From: a virus
Lineage: Duplodnaviria; Caudoviricetes
Virus record (IMG/VR): IMGVR_UViG_3300028886_000051
Reading direction: 5' to 3' (one strand)
DNA length: 64,000 bases
How positions within the stretch are numbered: the stretch's first letter is position 1; each line of letters begins with the position of its first letter. The translations under genes and the position numbers were made by a program. The notes beneath the pieces are model-generated. The model was not told where the DNA came from and made no database searches. It saw only the letters and a program-made list of their open reading frames with translations. Shown one piece after another: positions 57,551 through 64,000 of the stretch.

Positions 57551-60319
57551 TCACTCCTCATAATTAACTTTGCAAGTAAATTGACCACCATTACTTAACG
57601 ATGATGCATCTACCGTATATGTTTTTTTCGTTGCATTTTTAATTACTGTTCCATTCAAATACCATTGATAAGTGAAATTTCCTGTGGCAATAGTAGTAGT
57701 ACCATAATCATATATATTTGCTGTTAATACCGTTGTGTCAGTTATTGTAGTACCATTACTTGACGTTATAACAACATCGTATAAGAGTTTTCCATCTACT
57801 CTAGCAACTTTAGTTGTCATTTCTTGCATAATAGTATTTAACGACTTATCATCACTATCAAAATAAACTTTAGTAGAGTTAATAGAAGTAGTACCATTAT
57901 TTATTCCTGTAACAACAGAATCTATATTTAACTTATCTGCTGAAATACCATCATAAGTGTTAGACTTACTAGCCAATTTTTCAGACTTAATTAATCCATC
58001 TGCAATAGCCTTCTCTTTGACACCAGTTGAGTCAATTAATGTGCCTTTCCCTGTATCATCTAGTACAAAAAAAGTGAAGTTACCATCAGTATCTTCACCT
58101 ATTTGGATTCTTACTATGTTGTTTTTATCTCTGAATTGTATTACATTTTCAAAGATTGACAAATGACCACTCTCGGATAATATTTTAAATTCATTTGTAC
58201 TAATTGAATCACCAAAAATTGCTTTAGCAGTTATATATTCTGCGATTAAACTTTTTACAAATCCTTCTTCAAAGGTAACATTTTTTGATGTTAAATTAAT
58301 TGTTTGCATATCCCAAGAGCTAATATTACCAGATAAAAGAGTATTTATTTTGCCTGTATATGCTTCAAAATCCTTTACCTTAACAAAATCAAATGTTGCT
58401 TGATGAGCTTCAATCCATTCAGCTGTTATTATTTTTGAAGCAAGTTCATCAAATTTGGCTTGCTCAACTTCTAATAATTTAGTATAGATATAATTAGAAT
58501 CAATTGTGTCGATTTTTCCATCGGCTATTTTTTCAAGAGCGTTAATTTGTTCGCTAGAAAATACAGCACCACCCATAGACATATTCATTAATGCTGTTGA
58601 TAATTCAGCCCTTGTTACATAGTCGTTAGAGTTTTTAGATGAACTGCTACCTCCTGAACCACCGCTACCAGACGAATTGGTATATGAACTTGATGAAACT
58701 CCTGTTGAATTATTTAAAAGATAATCTAAATCGCTCATTCCGTTTACCGAACGAGTTGAATTACTAAAAGTTATTGAAAAATCAGAACTATTTTGTGGTG
58801 AAAATTCAAAAGAAATAATCCTTTCATCTAATGAATAATTTTCGTTCAAATAGACAACAATAAAATTTCCTAATGCTATTTTTTTATAATTGACCTTAAA
58901 CTCAGGTATTTTCATTAAATTTATTATATCAGTTTGAATTTGATACTGAGGTTGTGCTAAGGAAGATAGTGCTTCTGTCGCACTTATCATTAAATCATAT
59001 TGTTTCTGTTGAATCTGTTCTTCTGTATAAATATCAGTAATTGCAAAAGTGTTATCATTATAATCTCCCTCTTTGATAAACTGCGATAATTCAACTAATT
59101 GATCGGCGGTAAAATTATTTGCTAATAACACTTTAGATTTTATTGCAATTATCTCACTAGCAATATCTTTTAATTGAGATTCATAAGTTGAATATTGTTT
59201 CTTTTTACTATTAAGCTCTGTATTTATAGCATTTCTTTTTTCTAAATATTTATTATAGGTATTATAAAAAGGAGAAGTAGAAGAATTATATCCTTGTTTT
59301 TTATAATCTTCTATTGAGGTGTCTACAGACTTTAATAATGCCTCCAATTCGTCTATACCATAATCAGACCAATTCTCTGATTCCACATCATCAGGTTGTT
59401 TGTCTTTTAAAGCAGCCATTGTATTTTCAAGTTTGTTATAATCTAACTGCCCTTTTTTAAAAGATTCTTTATTATCTTCCCATATAGAAATATATGATTT
59501 CCAAGCAATCAATAAATCACTACTCATCCTAGAGTAAAAATAAGACAAATCATATATATATTCAAAACCACAATTCACTGCACGTATATCTAAATCTTCA
59601 TTGCCTGTAACACGTATACAATTAGTTATACCATTTTCATCTATTGGAGATTGGGTAAGCTTTTTGATGACTGTATTATTGCTTAAATAAACGTCCATAT
59701 ATTCACCAAAATGCTTTATAGGATATGCTGAAACAGTATAATTTTCAGTGTCAAATATAAATATACATTGTAATGTTTTCGCAACTTCCTCAGTTAAAAA
59801 GCTGTATATATTAATGCTTTCAATGGAAAAAGTTCTTTGCTTATTGATTAATTCAGGGTGTATATATCCGACAGACCAATTAGAAGCTTTCTCTAAAGCG
59901 AGGTTTAATAAAGACTTAGAAGTATCATTTTCATTATAAAAAGTTACTCCATCTATGCTTCCATCTTCACCACTATTTATATAAAATGAATTTAGATTTT
60001 TTTGAGACAATTCATATTCGATAGAATACAATTTACAATCTTTAGATTTAATTCCATTTTCATTTGTGTAAGTAGGAGTAGTAGACATCCACCACCCTAA
60101 ATTGTCTATATGTACTCTTGTGTTGGTTTCTATATCATCAAATGAATTTTCATTACCTTTATAGTATAACTGAAAATTAGCTTCACTATACTGATTCAAA
60201 TTTAAAGTAAACTTTAAATCAGTTGGTTTTCTGATACACTCATAAATATCTTTATTACCTTTAGCAATATACATTTTGCTATCAGATATTTTTTTTAGTG
60301 TTTCTAAATCTATAATCAT
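57551..60319 (-). CDS. Tail spike / Tal-like minor structural protein
   Basis: Position after distal tail gene; RIQIGED motif; Ig-like C-terminus. Confidence 0.7.
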   Translation of the reverse strand: MIIDLETLKKISDSKMYIAKGNKDIYECIRKPTDLKFTLNLNQYSEANFQLYYKGNENSFDDIETNTRVHIDNLGWWMSTTPTYTNENGIKSKDCKLYSIEYELSQKNLNSFYINSGEDGSIDGVTFYNENDTSKSLLNLALEKASNWSVGYIHPELINKQRTFSIESINIYSFLTEEVAKTLQCIFIFDTENYTVSAYPIKHFGEYMDVYLSNNTVIKKLTQSPIDENGITNCIRVTGNEDLDIRAVNCGFEYIYDLSYFYSRMSSDLLIAWKSYISIWEDNKESFKKGQLDYNKLENTMAALKDKQPDDVESENWSDYGIDELEALLKSVDTSIEDYKKQGYNSSTSPFYNTYNKYLEKRNAINTELNSKKKQYSTYESQLKDIASEIIAIKSKVLLANNFTADQLVELSQFIKEGDYNDNTFAITDIYTEEQIQQKQYDLMISATEALSSLAQPQYQIQTDIINLMKIPEFKVNYKKIALGNFIVVYLNENYSLDERIISFEFSPQNSSDFSITFSNSTRSVNGMSDLDYLLNNSTGVSSSSYTNSSGSGGSGGSSSSKNSNDYVTRAELSTALMNMSMGGAVFSSEQINALEKIADGKIDTIDSNYIYTKLLEVEQAKFDELASKIITAEWIEAHQATFDFVKVKDFEAYTGKINTLLSGNISSWDMQTINLTSKNVTFEEGFVKSLIAEYITAKAIFGDSISTNEFKILSESGHLSIFENVIQFRDKNNIVRIQIGEDTDGNFTFFVLDDTGKGTLIDSTGVKEKAIADGLIKSEKLASKSNTYDGISADKLNIDSVVTGINNGTTSINSTKVYFDSDDKSLNTIMQEMTTKVARVDGKLLYDVVITSSNGTTITDTTVLTANIYDYGTTTIATGNFTYQWYLNGTVIKNATKKTYTVDASSLSNGGQFTCKVNYEE

Positions 60320-61117
60320 TTATATTCCTACCTTTCGTGCAACATCATAAGATATTGTAATAGTTCCATTACCTGTGACTTTGATAGAGTTTATTCCAGG
60401 AGCCAAAGATACCCACACTCTATTAAATTTAGAATATAAATTTCGATTAGGAATAGAAGAAGATAATATCATGTTTTCACAATCCATAATAACTTCTTCT
60501 TGATTTAATAAATTTAAAACAGTTGTCTGGTTTAAAGTGGTATTTTCAATAGTAAAATCTCCAGAATCTTCTTTTATAATTTTTATATATGGCTTAATAT
60601 ATATTTCATTATTTAAAAAATCATCAGAAGTATTATTAAGTACAAATGTTTTGTTGCCTGATATAGTATAAGAAGTAGAAGCGGTTTGATATCCATATGG
60701 GCTATCACATTCAAAAGTTACGGCAACTCCTACAATACCACCATTATTTTTTTTAATTTCTATATTGGTTGCTATTGCATTGAAATGAACATTGCTACAA
60801 AGTGAATTATTAATTAAAAGTGTTGTATATTCATTTACCATAAGCCATTTATGAATATTACGAATTTCTTCTTTACTAAATGCTTCACCGTCACATTTCA
60901 TTAGTCCAAAACAAGGTTGTAATACATCTTCATAAGACAATTCGATTAACTTTGCTTTAGGATTATTACCAACATTTTCTTTTGTAACCTCTAATGATTG
61001 CGCAATATCAGGTTCAGAAAATCCACTGGATTTATCAAAAGAAACAATTATATATCCAAAATCGCTTTTAGAATTTTTACCATTGAACGTAAAGTCTATT
61101 GCGTCTATATATTCCAT
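60320..61117 (-). CDS. Distal tail protein (Dit-like)
   Basis: FTFNG start, FECDSPYGY, LAPGINSI; after tape measure. Confidence 0.75.
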   Translation of the reverse strand: MEYIDAIDFTFNGKNSKSDFGYIIVSFDKSSGFSEPDIAQSLEVTKENVGNNPKAKLIELSYEDVLQPCFGLMKCDGEAFSKEEIRNIHKWLMVNEYTTLLINNSLCSNVHFNAIATNIEIKKNNGGIVGVAVTFECDSPYGYQTASTSYTISGNKTFVLNNTSDDFLNNEIYIKPYIKIIKEDSGDFTIENTTLNQTTVLNLLNQEEVIMDCENMILSSSIPNRNLYSKFNRVWVSLAPGINSIKVTGNGTITISYDVARKVGI

Positions 61118-61188
61118 ATTAATATCACTCCTTTATATTTTATTTTAAATAAATAAGAGAGCCAACTTTGACATTGACTCTCCTAGAA

Positions 61189-64000
61189 TTATAATGGTCT
61201 ACAGTTATTTTTTTGCATACCTAATTTTTCTAAAGAAGTAGCGATTTTACTTGTTACATTCTTTGTTAATTGATTCTGCATATTTTCGAACTCTTTAGCA
61301 AAGTTCTTATCTATATTTCCCTGAACTGTTATTCCAGCATCTATATTTATGATAGGTGTAGAACTTCCAACCTTAGTAAAATTATTTTGTGGCAACTTAA
61401 AAGTCTTAACAAAATCTTCTAGTTTAGGCGTAATTTCAGGAAGATTTGATACAAGTTTATCGAAAGACTTGGTTTGCTCTAATGATAAAACTCTTTCGCC
61501 TTTCTTTGCAAATATAGTAACATCTTCACCAAAACTTTGAGCTAATTTATTAGACTTTCCGTTAACCACGCCACCTTCTGCAAACATTGGAAATGGAAGA
61601 TATTTATTTATTCCTGCTGAAGGTAAATTACCTTGTCCAGATTGTTCACCTAGTTTCTTACGAATTTCGTCACTAAGACTTCTAATACCATCTGCGATTC
61701 CATTGCTGATTTTAGATATAGACGTGCCAAGAGCGACACCAGCACCTATTCCAGCACCAGCACCTATTCCATTAAGTTTATCAAGCTCATATCTAAGTCC
61801 ATTTACTGAACTACTAGCCTTATTTGCAGCATCCTTAACGTTGTTAATAGAATTAACTGCACCATTACCATAGCCACTATTTAAAGCTGAACTTATCCAT
61901 TGTTTTAAATGAATAGACTCAACAGAAGTATTATAAAGATTTTGCCTAACTTTAGAAATTGCTTCATAAACTCCAGAATTATTACTAATATTAAATGCTG
62001 ACATTATAGTGCTTGCCATATTATTAGCCTGTGTCTGAACACTTTGAATATTAGTTTTAATTCCATTTAATTTAGCAGTAAAATTACTTGTGCTAGAATT
62101 AAGTGCCTGATTATATCCTGCGATAGCACTAGAACCTGTACGCCAAGGATTAATAATACAAGAATTAATAGATACATTTTGCTTTTTCTCTAAATCTAAT
62201 AAAGTTTTAGAAATCTCATTGGCTCTTGATTTGGCTTCGGCAATAGCTTTCTTTAATACTTTGTCTTCATTTTTTAAAGAATCCTTTAAAGCTTCGGTTC
62301 TTTTTTCTTGTGCATCCTTATAATCTTCTAACTCTTTATCCAAAGCATCGCTACGAGTATCTACAGCATGGTCATATTTATAATCTTCCAAATCATTAAC
62401 AGCTTCAGCAAGTTCAGCTTCAAGTTTTTCACGTTCAGCAATAGTAGCAGCATCATCTGACCCCATCATTGCATTGATTTTACGTTTAATAGAAGAAATT
62501 TCTTTTTCTTTTTGAACTATATTCTTCTTATATTCATATAAATCTTTTTCGGCTTGTAATGACTCTTTTTGCTTATTTATTAATTCTTCATAAGCATCAG
62601 TTTCATCGTTAATTGCATCAATAGCCTCATTAACTCTCGCTTCGGCTAAATCTAATATAGCCTTTTTAGCTTCTTCAGCAGTAGATATTGATGAAAATTG
62701 TGAATCTCTTAATTCATTCAATTTATCAGTGTACTCATTAATAGATACCTTGCCTTCTGAATATAATTTGTCAAGATATTTAATTTCTTCATTATATTGA
62801 GAAACTTCATTTCTTGCCAATTCATATTTTTGAGCTAATAAACCAATTCTAGTAATTGATTCAGAAGTAAATTTACCATTTGAAGTAACTGTATCTTTCT
62901 CTAATAGACTATTTAAACTGTCTAACTCACTTGAGATAGAAGAAAACTGGTCTTTAATCTTTTCAAGAGTATTCCAATGCAATTCATTAATAGATTTCTG
63001 AAAATCTTTTAAGTCATTTTCACAAGATATAATAGAAGAATCTACATCTTGTAATGCATCATACATATCTTTCCATTCATTTGAACCATATTCAATACCA
63101 TTTCTTAATGCAGAAGTCATTTGAGAAGTAAGTGTATCACGTTCTTCTTTAAGTATCTGAATTTGAGATTTAGTTTCGGTTATTAATTCTTCATAGAATC
63201 CTTGACCAACATTTTGTTCCTGAGTTTCTAATAAACTAACAACATCTTTAATTTTAGATTTATTTTTATCTAAGATGTTATACATAGAATCAAAATCATC
63301 TTTGATGTTGTTGAATTTATCAACTTCAAGATCTTTTAATGTCTGTTTTAACTCTATTAATTGAGAATTAATATCATCTACTTTATCAGCCCAAGTCTGG
63401 TAATTCTTAATTGCATCAGTAACCTCGGAATTTCCATTACCAATAAATTTATCTATTTCCAGACCACCTTCTTTGGCTAATCCTTTATATTGTTCGGGAA
63501 TTTTAGCCAAATACTCATCAGCCATTCTAGTATATAAATCACTGACTTGTTCTAAGGTGTTCATTTTAGATTTATTGATGTCTACTAAACTATCAACTAA
63601 AGCATTTTTATTGGCTGAACCCTCTAACTGTTCAATATGTTTTTGGGTATCGTCAATTAATGTGTTTAAATGATTAAGTTTTTCTTCGGCAAAATCTATT
63701 ATATCAATAGAATCTTTAGAATTAGATTTAGAGGAATCTGAATTAGAATTACTTGCTCTTAAAGTCGCATCAGGGTTTGTATCAACTCCTAAAATTGTTT
63801 TCTGAGTTAAATCAGATATTTTTTTAGAATCACTTTTTCGTTTATTCAAGACTTTATCTATTGTATCTTGAGATATTCCATTATTTAAAGCTTGAACCTT
63901 CCATGCTTCTAAAGCTGCTTCACTAACTGCATTATAACTTTCTGCTAATTCGTAATTTGTACTAGACAAATAAGTCATCGCATCTGCTTCAGTATTAATG
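61189..64000 (-). CDS. Tape measure protein (C-terminal part, runs off window)
   Basis: Long coiled coil, FAEGG motif, upstream of Dit. Confidence 0.82.
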   Translation of the reverse strand, partial: INTEADAMTYLSSTNYELAESYNAVSEAALEAWKVQALNNGISQDTIDKVLNKRKSDSKKISDLTQKTILGVDTNPDATLRASNSNSDSSKSNSKDSIDIIDFAEEKLNHLNTLIDDTQKHIEQLEGSANKNALVDSLVDINKSKMNTLEQVSDLYTRMADEYLAKIPEQYKGLAKEGGLEIDKFIGNGNSEVTDAIKNYQTWADKVDDINSQLIELKQTLKDLEVDKFNNIKDDFDSMYNILDKNKSKIKDVVSLLETQEQNVGQGFYEELITETKSQIQILKEERDTLTSQMTSALRNGIEYGSNEWKDMYDALQDVDSSIISCENDLKDFQKSINELHWNTLEKIKDQFSSISSELDSLNSLLEKDTVTSNGKFTSESITRIGLLAQKYELARNEVSQYNEEIKYLDKLYSEGKVSINEYTDKLNELRDSQFSSISTAEEAKKAILDLAEARVNEAIDAINDETDAYEELINKQKESLQAEKDLYEYKKNIVQKEKEISSIKRKINAMMGSDDAATIAEREKLEAELAEAVNDLEDYKYDHAVDTRSDALDKELEDYKDAQEKRTEALKDSLKNEDKVLKKAIAEAKSRANEISKTLLDLEKKQNVSINSCIINPWRTGSSAIAGYNQALNSSTSNFTAKLNGIKTNIQSVQTQANNMASTIMSAFNISNNSGVYEAISKVRQNLYNTSVESIHLKQWISSALNSGYGNGAVNSINNVKDAANKASSSVNGLRYELDKLNGIGAGAGIGAGVALGTSISKISNGIADGIRSLSDEIRKKLGEQSGQGNLPSAGINKYLPFPMFAEGGVVNGKSNKLAQSFGEDVTIFAKKGERVLSLEQTKSFDKLVSNLPEITPKLEDFVKTFKLPQNNFTKVGSSTPIINIDAGITVQGNIDKNFAKEFENMQNQLTKNVTSKIATSLEKLGMQKNNCRPL

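Noticed and set aside
1-64000. CRISPR array or DGR
   Set aside because: No regularly spaced direct repeats, no reverse transcriptase and no TR/VR pair seen.
1-64000. Stop-codon reassignment
   Set aside because: Long conserved genes are intact under the standard code, and TAA, TAG and TGA all end genes.

Overview
AT-rich segment of a large temperate tailed phage of a Firmicutes (probably Clostridia/Lachnospiraceae-like) host, organised like SPbeta-type phages. 1-54.3 kb is read on the + strand. It opens with NAD salvage genes (pncB, nadD, nadE), then a long accessory region (four DNA methyltransferases, a PAPS-reductase-like gene, PTH2, Thg1-like, metallophosphoesterase, PcfJ-like and many small ORFs). 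Next come a replication core (AAA ATPase, SSB, primase-helicase, PD-(D/E)XK nuclease, DnaE, ERCC4, HD) and nucleotide metabolism (ThyX-like, LigA, Gmk, NrdDG, dUTPase), ending in a large serine recombinase with a candidate intact attP in its 3' end. 54.4-64 kb is read on the - strand: endolysin, tail fibre, tail spike, distal tail and tape measure. Two transposase-less TnpB elements, each with a divergent small regulator, and two free-standing homing endonucleases are inserted. The main unexplained structure is a quasi-palindromic site, AWGAAW-N6-TTTCHT, found by eye 21 times, each with a different 6-bp spacer. It sits at gene or module boundaries, brackets single-gene units and marks an nrdG replacement junction, suggesting an addressable cassette-exchange system (a stoperator-like repressor array is the alternative). 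Also notable: all five DNA-modification-type genes share a palindrome-bearing structured leader, and there is an enlarged tRNA-like RNA. Motifs were found by eye and protein calls rest on recognised motifs; no searches were run.
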